64,000 bases of DNA from Chlorokybus atmophyticus. Lineage: Eukaryota; Plantae; Mesostigma and Chlorokybus algae. The stretch lies in NCBI GenBank assembly GCA_009103225.1, contig RHPI01003516.1, positions 148,062 through 212,061 of the forward strand, written 5' to 3'. The first letter of the stretch is position 1; each line of letters opens with the position of its first letter. A model generated the notes under the pieces. It had not been told where the DNA came from and ran no database searches. It worked only from the letters and a program-made list of their open reading frames with translations. This document shows, piece by piece, positions 1 through 12,789 of the stretch. The position numbers were made by a program, and so were the translations under genes.

Positions 1-51
1 GGTCATCGGCTGGCGGTTTGGCTGGAGCCTTGCACACCGATTGACGTCAAA

Positions 52-316
52 GGACCATAAATGGTCCGTACCCTCGAACCGGGATTTTCCCCTGCTAAGT
101 GAATTCCGTGGACCATGTCTGGTCGGACTGTCAATGACAGTCCGACCATGCATGGTCCAAAACTCACGTGAACGGTCCCATGTTTTTTTGGGGTCGCACC
201 ATGTCTGGTCCGGCCTGTTTACGGTCGCGTCAGGACCAGGTACGAGCCAGTTAGCGGACCAGGGACTTAATAAAAACATTTAGTTTAAGAATCATTACTG
301 GTCCGGCTAGCGGACC
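52..316. repeat. Cluster of 10 GGACC/GGTCC motifs in both orientations, plus a perfect 14-bp inverted repeat (120-148)
   Basis: GGWCC at 52, 63, 110, 154, 174, 207, 233, 256, 300 and 312. TGGTCGGACTGTCA-A-TGACAGTCCGACCA at 120-148. Resembles a DNA-transposon subterminal region. Confidence 0.6.
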
Positions 317-3139
317 ATTGACCGCAATATTTATTCATAAGCATCAGATGTAATGCAAATGACGGAAATGTGCTCTATCTTGAGCCGGCAGCACCGGCCA
401 CGCCCAACCTGCGGGGCCGCAGGCTGCAGCGCACGAGGCCGCGGCGTCTTAGAAATGATTAGTGAGGAGCGCATACATCCACCGAAAGGCGAACCCAAGA
501 CCTTTGGAATACAAACACGACACCCTAACCACTAAGCTACATGTGCACGTACCGGTAGAGACGATGCAGTGTTTGCATAATAGACTGTACCGACGGCCGC
601 TTGGCGACTGTCGGCGGCGGAAATTGCACAGGAAGTCGGCATTGTGAATTGACAGGCCCATAGGCAGTGCATGCGCTATCAATGTGCATAGGCTGTACAG
701 TGTTAACTAGGATGGAGGCTGAAAGGTCATCACCCATTTCTGCTTGGGATATGCGGCGGGTTGTTTTTAGTTCAGGGTCTGTTCAGACCATGCGATATGC
801 GGCGGGTGTTTTTCCCGTTGTTTAAGGTTGTCTCCTGGCGCAGTGACCTGCGACGTCTGGTCGGGGGCGTTTGTGGCGGTGGCGGCGGCGGCGGCCGCGG
901 CGGGGGCGGTTGTGACGTTGTATCGTTGTAGGGATGTTGGAGGGTTGTTTGTGCTAGGGTTGACGTGTTACACTTGGTGTCAAGGGGATAGGTCTGTTCA
1001 GTTAGTTTAGGTGTGTGGAGCATAGTTGTAGTGACTGGTGGTATGTTGCAGCTTCGGGGCGGCGTGTGAAGGTATGGTATCTGGTGGTGAATGGTTTCAT
1101 TACACATAAGGTAGTTTGTATCTTGCATTTATTGTGGAAGATGGTTCGCAGGTGCTGTCATGGCCTCATTTTGCGAATGGGGTTGTCTTTTTTGCCGGTC
1201 CAATGTGAGAGAGGGTGATATCTTCAAAGTGCGTCAGCATGTGCAGACTGCTACCTGCCGTTACTTCCGTATGCGGTTTCATGGAGGGGGCGAGGAGTCT
1301 GTTGATGATATGAAAATTTTAGCTAAGGCTATTGTTGTTGCAATTCAAGTGAGTATGAACGAACTCTGATGTATTACCTTTTGGCCTTGCCTGGCACATG
1401 CTATCATCTGTATGCTTTGTCAGGCGGGAAAGCGCCCTCCTCATGCATCTCCATTGGAGCGGTCCTTTATGAAACAGCCAGATTTTGTAGGTGTTGCTAT
1501 TGTCTTGGTGTTTTGATTTGTTTAATGTGCCATTGTTGATTCACTATGGTTGTAGTGTGGTGTTACTTGGGCTCGAGCTAAGCGCGCCTTCAAGGTTTGT
1601 ATCTTGTGTTGTGTGTTGTGTGCACTGTGTATGTGCTAATTTTGTGAGTGGAATGGTTGCAGGGCAAAGAAGCTGAAGTTGCTTTAGATTCTGTGGTGGA
1701 GGGGGTTGATGGTGGCATTGCTTTGATGGTTGCACCATCTGCACCGCTAGAGCTGCTTGCGGCTAACTCAGTAAGTGTATGGTGTGCGTGTTTGTTTGGT
1801 TTTGTTGTTGTGGCTAACTTAGCAAGTGTATGGTGTGTGTGCTTCTAGTAACCAGGTTTTGTTTATTTTCAAGGTTCATGAGCAACCTGCAGCTTGTGGG
1901 GGTGAAGTGCGACAGCTGCGTCAGAAGATAAATGACATGGTTGAGAGTTGGGAAGTGTCAAGTTTGATGATGCAGGAACAGCTTGACGTTTGTGAGCAGG
2001 AGGTCTCGCAAATTCGGCAACAGTTGGTTCATGCTCATGCGCTTATCGCTGGGATGTCGTCTCGTTTGCAACAGTTGGAAGATGCAGCGGTGCGCAGTAC
2101 AGGTGGGTCTTGTCTTGTTGTGCTAAGTGTGAGTGCATTGAGCGTTGTTTTGCCATTGCTAATGTCTCTTACAGATGTTCATGATGGCGTTATTGCTGAT
2201 GGCCATGCTGGTGATGGCCCTTTAGGTGATGGTCCTGCTGGTGATGGCCATGTGGTTGTTGCCATTGGATGTACGGCGGCTTCACCGGTTGTTTTGAGTG
2301 ATACGGGTATGTTTAAGGGAAATGTGTTGTTCTCTTCAAGTTCAATTGCTGATTCCATTTGTTGATCAGGGGCATGTGCGGCCGATGTCAATACTGATGT
2401 GGTAGTGCGCGTTAAGAAAACAAAGAAGCGCCCCCTTGATGTAGATCTTTCAAATGTGCTATCCACTAGGCAACGGAAGGTGCGGCGGTAAATGCTTGTT
2501 TCTGCTTTTTGAGTGAGTACTATAGTCGATGTATTGCACATCTCAGGTGGATAGTGACACACCAGCAACGCTCAAAAGTAGGCAGTCGAGTGGGGTGAGA
2601 TTTGCGCTTTACATATTGCAGCATGTTGCCATGGTGGTGGTTTCCATTATTAAGCTTCAAATGGACGCCATGTTGTTAGCAAGTAAGTGTTGTGGTTCTG
2701 TAATTGTTGTTTGAGTTTTTTAATGGTGTTGGTATTGATGTTGTGTTTGTAGAACAACACCAGCTTGTGGATCGTTCCATTGCGGTTGGCATACGTTTGC
2801 TCTGGTAAGCTTTTGTTGCTGTGCTTTGTGGTTTGTGACATTGTATAGTTATTCACGTTGGTTGGCAGCAATCGATGTGGAGGGAGTATTGAAGATGTTC
2901 ATTGCACCTGTACAATGTGTAAAGGCTTTGACATTTGTGCACAGTGCTTCTTGCACGGTTGTAGTTCATCTTGTCTAGCGGTTTGCAATGATGCTAGCCA
3001 TGTTGGTGGAGTTTGTGTGCAGCGACTTTTTCGGTTAGATCTTGCTGCCTTACAGTTGAAAGTCTGCCAATATATAATCACTCCTATCGTCCTTGGTGTT
3101 CACGAGGTAAACTGATGTGTATTCGGCCCATATCTCTGC

Positions 3140-3290
3140 TCTTGCCCCTACCCCTTCCCTTTCCCTATCCCTGCCCCTGCATCTGCCTTTGTCCCTATCC
3201 CTATCCCTATTCCTGTCCCTATCCCTATTCCTATCCCTATCCCTATCTATCTCTAGCCCTATCCCTATTTTATCCTTATCCCTATCCCTG
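3140..3290 (+). repeat. Degenerate (CCCTAT)n microsatellite in a JmjC intron
   Basis: Direct reading of the hexamer repeats. Confidence 0.9.
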
Positions 3291-4320
3291 CTGTAATTTT
3301 GAAGGTTGTATGTATTGTCTTATACTTACTTTTGTTCTGTTTGTACAGGGTTGCGAGCAATGTGCGGAGATTCGTTCGAGTCGCACATTTTCACCAGGAT
3401 ATGGGTATAGTGTGTGTGATGCGTGCTGTTGGTTGAGTTTGTGGATAGTTATTGTTTATGTCGCAGAGATGTTATCGTGCATTTTCATTGGGAGCATGCG
3501 GCAGTGCAACCTATCTACTTACCTGTGTATGCAACCAGTGTGGTAAGGGTTTCATGTTGTGTATATTCCGCCATTGCATATGTTTTGTTTTGCTGGTTTT
3601 GTGAAGCTTTTTATGTTTGTTTATAGGACTACGATGTGTGGCGTGTCCGAGCAGTCAAGCTCAAGAAAGGTGAGTACTGGACCCGTCACAGAGTCCATAT
3701 TTTGTGACGCTGTTGACGTATCTTTATTTTATCGTGCGTAAACAAGGCGAGATTGAACCATTTTCAATGGCATTGGCAACGTGGACATCCTATTGTTGTG
3801 GAGGATATTAGGGGACGCGGTGAATCTAGATGCTCATGGAGTGTGCGCAGCTTACGAAACGATATCTCGAGCATTTCTCCCTCTGTTGTTGTGTTGGATT
3901 GTGATGGCTGGTGTGAGGTACGGCTGTTAATCAGCAAGTTGTTATGCTAACATTGTGAATGTTTGCTTATTAATTGCATTATGTTCAGGTCAAGATGACA
4001 ACTGAGGAGTTCTTTCAAGGTTTTGTGCATGGATATTACAGCGATGACCACACAAAGAAGTTTTTCAAGCTCAAAGACTGGCCGCCTAAGGTACATTGGA
4101 TACTGAGATTGGGTATGCAAGTTACTGATGAGTTGCTACTGTTAGGCCTCCTTGCAAGATGTATTGCCTGAGCTCTATGCAGATTTCATTGACATGCTGC
4201 CATTGCATGAGTACACGCACCCCAATGGTGAATGAAATCTGGCCAATTATGTACCCAAGGTATTTGAATTCTTTTTTGTTTATATCGTTGTTGATTGTGT
4301 TGAATGCAAGTTTTTCCTGG

Positions 4321-4710
4321 CAGGGATAGGGATAGGGATAGGGATAGGGATAGGGATAGGGATAGGGACAAAGGCAGATGCAGGGGCAGGGATAGGGAAA
4401 GGGATAGGGATAGGGATAGAGATAGGGATAGGGATAGGGATAGGGATAGGGATAGGGATAAAGATAGAGATAGGGATAGGGATAGGGATAGTGACAGGGG
4501 TAGGGGTAGGGGTAGGGGTAGGGATAGGGATAAGATCGGGAGAAAAATAGGGATAGGATTAGGGATAGTGATAGGGATAGAGATAGAAACCGGGATAGGG
4601 ATAGGGATAGAGACAGGGGTAGGGATAGAGATAGGGATAGGAATAGGGGCAGGGGCAGGGGCAGGGATAGAGGCAGGGGCAAGGGCAGGGATAGAGCTTA
4701 GGCTAGGGAT
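4321..4710 (+). repeat. Degenerate (GGGATA)n microsatellite in a JmjC intron; reverse complement of the 3140-3290 array
   Basis: Direct reading; 4365-4403 is the exact reverse complement of 3157-3195. Confidence 0.9.
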
Positions 4711-5471
4711 GGTGATTGGTACTGGGGAGTGGTGGGCAGTATTGTGGGTGTAGTGGTTGTGATAGGTATAGGCGATAGGAATCAGGCATAGTCCATGAAG
4801 CTTCTTCATAAATGTTTGTTGATGTTGTGCGCAGGAACATATTCCCGCAGATTTAGGTCCCAAGTTTTACATCGGCTATGGCTGTGAAGAGGAACATGAG
4901 GTGGGGAATTCTGTTACACATTTACATTGTGATATGTCTGATGCGGTAAGTGAGTGGTGGTGATTGGTGGAAGCTGTTTGCATCAATGCATGATCATTTT
5001 TAAGCATTACTGACAGCCTTGATTGTTGTTGGCAGGTTAATGTTTTGTTGTTCACTCGGGATCCCTGTGGTGATGAAGCGCGTGCAGCCAACAAGTTGGT
5101 AAAGCCAGTTCGTATGCAACATCAGGTGTGTATATATGGGTCTATAACTTTTTTCTTCATATATATTGTAGTCGTTTGTTAATTACGTCTTTAGGTTGAT
5201 ATTGGTGGAGCTGTGTGGGATATTTTCCAGCGGCAAGATATCAACAAGATGGCTGTAAGCTAGACAACCAAGCTTACATATTAGCAATGTGTATAGCTTA
5301 CGCGCTGCTTGCTAAAGTAGACATGTGTAGTCTGGCTGGTATAAAGGCCAACAGAATTAACAAGTTGTTGGTTCGGGTGAAACCCCTTTGCAAGCCTTAT
5401 GTGCACGCCTTGTGTGCATGTTTTGGTGCATGTGTATGCTGTAGTTGGCCAACGCTAGCTCGGTGTTCAAC

Positions 5472-6153
5472 GGACAAAGCCTTGAAGGGGCTGGACTTCG
5501 CGCGATGCTGCATTGACGACATTCTCATCTTCAGTCGCAGTAACGACGAGCACCTGCAGCACATCGAGGAAGTGCTGGAAAGACTCAAGGGGGTGGGCAT
5601 GACAGTGCACCTCGACAAGTGCACCTTTTTCACTCGCAAGGTACCCTACCTAGGGCACATGATTGTGCCCCACGGTGTGTACGTACATTAGGCAAAAGTG
5701 GAGGCTTTGGCGGCTATCCCTGCTCCCACAGACCTTACGCGTTTGTGTGCCTTTCTGGGCCTTGCCAACTACTATCGCCGGTTCGTGAAGGACTTTGCAA
5801 AGATCGCGCGACCCCTCAACGAGCTTCTGAAGACGGAGGTGGAGTTTGCGTGGAAGGAGACACAACAGCAGGTGTTTGAGGAGCTAAAGGGCAGGCTCAC
5901 CACCGCTCCCATCCTGCAACGTCCTGACTACAACAAGCCCTTCATCCTCCACACCGACTGGAGCAAGCTTGGGATGGGGGCTGTGCTGGTACAGCACGAT
6001 GAGAACAATAAGGAGCGGGTGGTGTCGTACGCCAGCCGAAGCAACAACAGCGCCGAGGTTAACTACAGCAGCTACGAGGGGGAGTGCCTCGTTGCAGCAT
6101 GGGCTATCTCCTTCTTCAGACCTTTCCTCTTCGGTCGACAATTTCAGCTGATT
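5472..6153 (+). mobile_element. pol: Ty3/Gypsy RT-RNase H fragment (5' truncated); left half of an element split by the CACTA
   Basis: CIDDILIFS, KVPYLGH, FILHTDWSKLGMGAVL, EGECL, RQFQLI. Clearly similar at the DNA level to 26640-27330. TAG stop at ~5688. Confidence 0.9.
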
Positions 6154-6192
6154 CACCAGTAATTCTGGACTCCTCGAATTTTTAAAAATTCA
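6154..6192 (+). repeat. Left TIR of the CACTA element (CACCAGTAATTCTGGACTCC...)
   Basis: Aligns with the reverse complement of 48226-48264. Confidence 0.85.
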
Positions 6193-6199
6193 GCGCATT

Positions 6200-6830
6200 T
6201 GCCCTGAATACTCATCTGTTTTATGTGTGAACTCGCCACTTGCGTGGCTGCAGAGGTCGCTGTTACAATTGCTGATTATCCAGGCCAAATGCCCTGAATA
6301 CAAGCAATGGATATTCACACGTTTTGGTCATGAATAATTGTAGTTGTCCATCTCGCACACAACCTCCTACATGTGAGTAGTTATTCACTCGCAACAGAAC
6401 TGCGTATTCAGTCTTCTTAGGTATACATGGTCCTGGACTTGTACCAAGGCACCAAGTGATTATTCATACTTTGTGTGCGTGAATATTTACAGCGCCTGCT
6501 CTCAAACTAGGTCCTCCTTATAGGTAATTATTCACACGCATATTGGCTTAATGTTCACACATACTAAAGCTGTTTCAACAGCACATGTACCATACTAGCG
6601 AGTGATTATTCATACGATTTGTGATTGAATAATACAGCATATCTGCTCTCACACATAGTCCTATACATGAGTGGTTATTCACCCATAGTATGGTTGAACA
6701 CTGCTGCCTTTGGTTGATTTTTCACGCGAATTATAATTGAATAATACAGCACTTTTGCTCACACACACAGTCCTACATATAAGTGGTTATTCACTCACGG
6801 TTTGGTTGAATAATCACTGCATCTTGCTAT
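6200..6830. repeat. Left subterminal repeat region (many TGAATA/TATTCA motifs)
   Basis: More than a dozen TATTCA/TGAATA-like motifs in both orientations, mirrored at 47680-48230. Confidence 0.75.
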
Positions 6831-6970
6831 CGTCAACAGCTGTGACATAGCATAGCTGTGACATAGCACATAGCAATCAGTCCAGCCTGTGAATTTGGAC
6901 AGCAATGTCAGCTGAATGGCAGCTGACTTGAACAACAAATTCACTGATGTCTACAATGTATCTCTGCTAC

Positions 6971-8871
6971 CTACTTCTTGCTGCCTCGACCACGCCCACC
7001 GCGCCCACCCCGCCCACCCCGGCTGCCCTTCCCACGGCCCCTCCCGTGCTGTGTGGTTGTGCCTTCCTTTGCTGGCTCCCTTACCTTGATACTCTTCAGC
7101 AACCAAAGAGGCCAAAGTAGCAACAAACCCGGCTCGCACTCTGCGCATACATAAACCACACATGAAATCAGGTGAGCTGACTTGCACAATGTTGAAACTG
7201 TTCATGCAATCGCATGCACACAAACGCGTTCACCTTTCAAGTGGGTCACTTGCACTCCAACCCCATCACGCTTGAAGCTAATTGGCAGAGGCAAAACCTC
7301 TTCTTCCCCTGGTCCGGGATGTCTGGTCCTAGTGATGGGAAGACTGCGGCTGAACTGGACCACCATGTTGCCCTCTCGAATCTTCTTGCCATGAAACTTG
7401 TTGACAGGATTGATGTCGCTTACGTGCGCCTCCCCTACTGGTTCTTTGCGCCCGTTAATGAACAGTTGGACTTCACTGCCAACCTTCATCGTCGGTGCGG
7501 TGTCATCCTTGTCGCTCAGCTCTTCCTGCGCACGCAAGTGACAAACACATCAAGAGGTACACACATACACAGATGTGATCTCTCATACAGCGCTTGCGAA
7601 GCGACCTGCCTTCTGCGAGTCGCTGTTGTTGGGGCTGTCCCCCTCGCCGTCCGGGGCGCTGTCCTTGGCGCCATCTTCACCGCTATTCTCGCTTCTATCT
7701 GTCTCAGGCATTTTTGAATACGTTGGCTCATCCTGCGCGACAAGGTGACACGACGTGTTAACAAGCTTACAACCGTCACGCAACGAATGCGTGCCTGCTG
7801 CAGGTGACAGTTTGTGTGCAGCCAGAAGAACGTATGAAGCCCATAAGATCAAGTACATGGTGCTTTCATACCTCCTTTTGATTGCCGCTCTTCTTTTCTA
7901 ACACCGTCTCCTGCTTGCCAGTCGAGTGGCCTGCCTTATGAGACTTGTAGGGAGCCGGTATCGAGCGAATAGTTTTGTTTGTTTTCTTTTTGGGGGGGCT
8001 TGACACCTCATCCTCCTGCCAACAGCATGAAGTCAGATGGTGAGCCACAACTCAGTGCATTGCCGCTCTATCAAGTCCAATGCTGCGTACCTCACCAAAC
8101 ACTTTGCGCTTCCCCGAGCTGCTGTCACGCACATCAGCACCCTGCTTGGCACGTGCCTGAACACAACAGTCATGAACGATCATGAACACATGTTTAGCAA
8201 AGTACAATGAGGAGCGGCTTCTGACCTGTGAACCAGTAGCAGGAGAACTTGAGGGTTGTGGTGCAGTGCCTTCCTTGTTACCTATCACATACACAAGGCA
8301 CCAATCACAAAAGCCTGCATATACACACAGTACTCCAGCAGCTGCCTGCGCGCGCAAGACGCGGCTCACGCTGCGAGGTGCCATTTCTGTCATCGCTGGC
8401 GTTGCTGGCGGGATGTGAACGCATGGGCGCCGTGCAATTACAAGGGGTCATCATACATACCACACAACCTGCATACATAAGGCACCATTGAACACAAAGC
8501 ATCGTTCTCAACACGACATTAACAAAGCCAACTTTGTGCAAGCTGTAGGTCACCCTCTGAGGTGGCATCCTCGTCGTCGCTGGCTAGATTGTACTTCTTT
8601 GGACTTCTTGGGCTTCTTCTTGTTGGCTTTCCATCAAGCACATGGCAAAGGCACTCAAGACATGCACATCGCACAAACACCTTAGTCACTACATGACACA
8701 CACCTTGTTGTTCTTGTCGCTAGGCCCTCCCCTGCGCCTTGGCACAAAGCCCCCCGCGCATGCCTTCTCCATCATCTCCTTGTAACGCTTTCGACTCTTT
8801 TCTTTCTGCTTCTCTTCGTGCTTGGGGTTGCTGTATCCCTTTTTGTTGCCCAAATACTGTTGAATCTTCAA
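6971..8871 (-). pseudogene. Multi-exon TnpA-like (TNP1/En/Spm-type domain) gene with charged low-complexity exons and an RGG tail; the 5' end probably extends further right
   Basis: 7202-7537 encodes KVGSEVQLFINGRKEPVGEAHVSDINPVNKFHGKKIREGNMVVQF, resembling the Transposase_23/TNP1 domain. K/E-rich ORFs at 8519-8871. GGRGGRGGRGRG at ~7000. Confidence 0.5.
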
Positions 8872-11307
8872 ACGCGCCTACCCACCAATGAAGAAGTTGT
8901 GAAGGCCAACACATGTAAAGCAAACTCCTCCCAGCTCAGACAATGCTGCCATATTGCATGACGGCTCATGTAACTGTGGGAAATTGCCAACCATTTGATA
9001 GGAGAGCTCTGGATTCAGCAAATGCTAGCATTTGGTTGCAAGAGCGAACTTGAATGGGTCCTGCTTCGTTTGAGTCTTCCCCGGCATCATGCGACAGTAC
9101 TCATAGCAAATCCGGCCTTTATCGGCCACCTTGGTGACCTTGCGACGATCACGGGCATGATGCTTCCCACGCCAATGTAGGACCTTCAGTGCCTACATAG
9201 TTTACATTGGTGCACTAGTACAACATGGGACGAAACAGACTTCGGCAGCAAGTTCTGACATTGATTGCGGATGCTTGATGCATAAGCTCACTTTTAAGGA
9301 GACCATTGTTGTGGTCTCAAGATCACGCAGGTGAACAGTCGCCTCATTGGTTTCCCACTCATGCTGCAGCTGCTCATCAGAAAGACCACCAGCATTCTTC
9401 CCCCATATCTCTTCGTCCAAATTCTCCCATCCTTCCCTGCAGTTGCTGGACCGCCCGCCCAACGTGGTGCCTGACATGATGATGCCCTCCTGTAGATAGA
9501 TCAAGCTTGCTTTACAAGTCAGTTGCAATTGCAACCCTAATCAACCTCAAGTCTTGGTTGACTCAAGTGACTGCAGGTTGTAAGCCATGTGGACTTGCTT
9601 GTTGACTTGTCACAGCAAGCAAACCATGTACCTTGCAAAAGAAGTGTCTCTCAGCTGCTTGCACAAAGGCGTGCTTGTGAACTTGTCAAACAGGCACCCA
9701 GCAAACCAAACACCCAGTACCTTGTAGAGTAGAAGCTTCTTCAGCTTCTTTCCAGCTGAACACGACAAAAAGTAAGCCTAACGGCAAGCTAGCAGGCAAA
9801 TGGCATGTGCATGCACAAACATGTGCTTGTGAACTTGTCAAACAGGCACACTGTAAGCCAAACACCCAGTACCTTGTAGAGTAGAAGCTGCTTCAGCTTC
9901 TTGCCAGGTGAACACGACAAAGGTAAGCCTAACAGCAAGCTAGCAGGCAAATGGCAGCCCAGAATGCTAGCGGCACAATACCATGCTGTATTTGCTAATT
10001 GCAACGAAGTGACCCAGCATGCAACCACTAGAAGAGCAGTGCGATAAGACAAGATCCATGTGGGCAGGTGATGCGCGTGCATGCATGCTTGTCTAACGGG
10101 GTTTGGGCTAGTAGTTTAGTTAGGTAGGTAGTAAGTAAGTAGGAAGAGCACCCGGTGGTGAATGTAAGTGTTGTGTGCTGTTGTGTGTGGTGTGCAATGC
10201 ATGCCTCACATTGTGATACATGCCACAACCTCTGCATCCTATACATTGTACAGCTGACAACGCTCGCTCACCTCGCCACAGCGCCGCCGCCGCCAACACA
10301 ACCAGCAAGTACGCCGGTGCTGTGGGACAATCAGTGCAATTCCCGGTGCAGAAATCCCTGCATTTAATGGAAGTGATCATTCGGAAAATCCACATCAGCA
10401 ATTGTGCTGGTCGGACACCAGTCGCGTCTCCGCTTGCTCCGACCGCAATAGGCCGCACGAGCAATTGCCGTGGAAATTGCCTTTTGTCGAAACTTTGATT
10501 GCCAAATGAACTCTATGTTTATTGGTCCATACAAACCAAGCGAAATTACATTCTCTATTTCCGATGAAATCGTCCATGTCCGAAGACGGTGTCTATATGG
10601 CTTACCCCAAACCATAAGTAACCATAACCCAAACATCCAATGCATGCTGGTAGTTGTGCTGCAACAATGGACCCCCCTTGTACCCATGCGCACCATGAAT
10701 GAGGCTCTAACGCGGGCGCTCCTCGCAGTCGGGCGGCGATTAGTGGGACTAGGTTAGGTCTTGACACAACCGTGGAACGGCTATGTGGACTCTGGCGATG
10801 CTCGCTATCATCAGGTATCTTTCTCGCTATTCATGGTGTGAGTTGCGTGCGCTATGTCACTCTGCATGCTACTGACTATGCATGCCACTATGCATGTGCC
10901 ATACTGTTGCGCATTGTGTGTACATGCGTATGCTTTGTGTGCGATTTGGGTTGAGTTTGCCTGTGTAGTGTATATTAGGGGTATGGTACAGTGGCAGCAT
11001 GCATGGTGTGGACAATGCGAATGGCATGCATCAGCACAAGCATACACACGCTTTACACATCAAATGTGCATATGTTTGTCCTTCTATGATAGGAACGCCT
11101 ATATATATGCACAGCTCTGATTGCTACCATGCAACACCCTTGCGCGTTACATGCCGTGCATGTCATGCCATGCTACTGCCTGAATGCGTGTCTAGTTCAT
11201 GTCCATAACAATAGAGGCGCTGCCTATGCATTTGCATCAACTTCTGGCGCATGTTTATAAATGAATGCGATGCAACATGCGAGTTAACCTGTAAACTTGT
11301 TTGTCAG

Positions 11308-11673
11308 GTCCAATTATGCAATTGGGAGCTTTCAACTCGTGGAATTGTTCATCAGGCACCCATTGCGATTGCAGCTACTGTACAAACCGGTGTGTATGTG
11401 GCAGTCTCCGTGCATGAGAACACTCCTTCGCCTCCTAATGCGCCTCTTCCTACTCGCACTACCATTGACTTGGGCACCAATGGCGCTGCTGGCCTGCGCA
11501 TTGTGATTGAGTGCGACAACAATATTGCTGCGCGCTGGAGTGTGTTTACTGGCTCCCAAGTCCCTGCACCTGGTGCAACGCCCGGTACCAGTCTCACACC
11601 AACTTGTAATGGAGTTTTCCCTACTCGCGACCCTCCTAGTGAACTTAGTGACTCAAGTGACTCGTCGCAATGA
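11308..11673 (+). CDS. Possible exon of unknown function within the CACTA
   Basis: About 120 open codons after a CAG acceptor, with protein-like composition; no motif recognised. Confidence 0.3.
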   Translation, partial: VQLCNWELSTRGIVHQAPIAIAATVQTGVYVAVSVHENTPSPPNAPLPTRTTIDLGTNGAAGLRIVIECDNNIAARWSVFTGSQVPAPGATPGTSLTPTCNGVFPTRDPPSELSDSSDSSQ

Positions 11674-12789
11674 CCATTGGTCTACACACACTTTGTTTGC
11701 CCTATACACTCTGGTTACCGCTGAGCTGCTCTACTGGTAATTCTCCAAGTGTGGCTGTTGCTTGTGCAATTACTGATAACAGTGGAGTGTGTGCCTTTGT
11801 GCAACTTGGAGATCTAGCAGCAGATCAGCTCAGGCACAATCGCCACAATTGTGTTCACAACAACATAGTGACTTGCAGATTAGCTACATTACAACTATAC
11901 TACACAACAACTACCAAACTACTACCAAACTATACAACTACACAACAACAACAACTACACAACTACCAAACTACCACCAAACTATAGGCCTTGTGCAAGG
12001 ATGACGCAAAGATCTGACCTTGCACTTTGTATTACCTCATGGCCATAACACAGCCTGCAAGGCAAAGCGGGTTGCGCTCAAAACTGTTGGACACAAATCA
12101 GGCATGCAAGCGCCTAACACTGGCAGTAGAATTGCCCAAACATGCTGTTGGAAAAACCCCTCACAACTGCACTCGCATATGCACAAATACAAGGTATGTT
12201 TGCGCAGCAGAAGAAGTGAACACGGACTTTTGCGACACACGCGCGCATACACACACATGAGGGCTTGCAATCAACTGCCCCAGCTGACTGGACACCATAC
12301 ACACACATGCACATTCATGTGATACGCATGCAAGGATGCATGTATCTGTCCCTGTTGTCGCTGGAGCTCTTGCCAACTTCTTGGGCACCGTTACTGGCGG
12401 TGTCCTGCAAACACGCTGCAGGCAATGCTCAACCTGTTGATAGCAGCTGTAAGAATGCCAAGACACCCAAAACACAGAGCCAAATACTCTGATCCGAGTC
12501 TCATCCACAAACACACCATGCCTGGCATGCGAGCTCTGGTTTGCCTGCTGTCTTGAAAGCAGCCGGCTGGATCATCATACCCTCTGTTGAATGCAAGCAT
12601 CTGAGTCAAGACCAAATACCTACCTCATGTTCGACGATTACTACACTGGACCTAAAGCGACCGGCCATTGATGAATGGTAGTTGTGTACCTGTGGATCAC
12701 ACACCGTAGTAAACAAACAGTAGAGTCAGAAATAGAGCAGGGAAATAATTTTTGAGAGACACAATGCTAGCGCAAGCACACACAGAAAG

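Larger units (their letters stand above)
1160..5254 (+). pseudogene. Multi-exon KDM3/JMJD1 (plant IBM1/JMJ25-like) JmjC histone demethylase gene, decayed and 3' truncated
   Basis: Exons encode NRCGGSIEDVHCTCTMCKGFDICAQC (KDM3 Zn finger), HFQWHWQRGHPIVV, LDCDGWCEV, KLKDWPP, DLGPKFYIGYG, SVTHLHCDMSDAV (HxD) and GAVWDIFQRQD. In-frame TGA at 4233-4235. The exon with the distal His is not found. The 5' exons before ~2750 are uncertain. Confidence 0.88.

Noticed and set aside
4122-4863. Long ORFs (RD, SL and PI repeats)
   Set aside because: Translations of the intronic (GGGATA)n microsatellite
5254-5470. Possible solo LTR or insertion starting TGTAAG
   Set aside because: GTAAGC at 5255 is equally a phase-0 splice donor of the JmjC gene; no partner repeat or TSD
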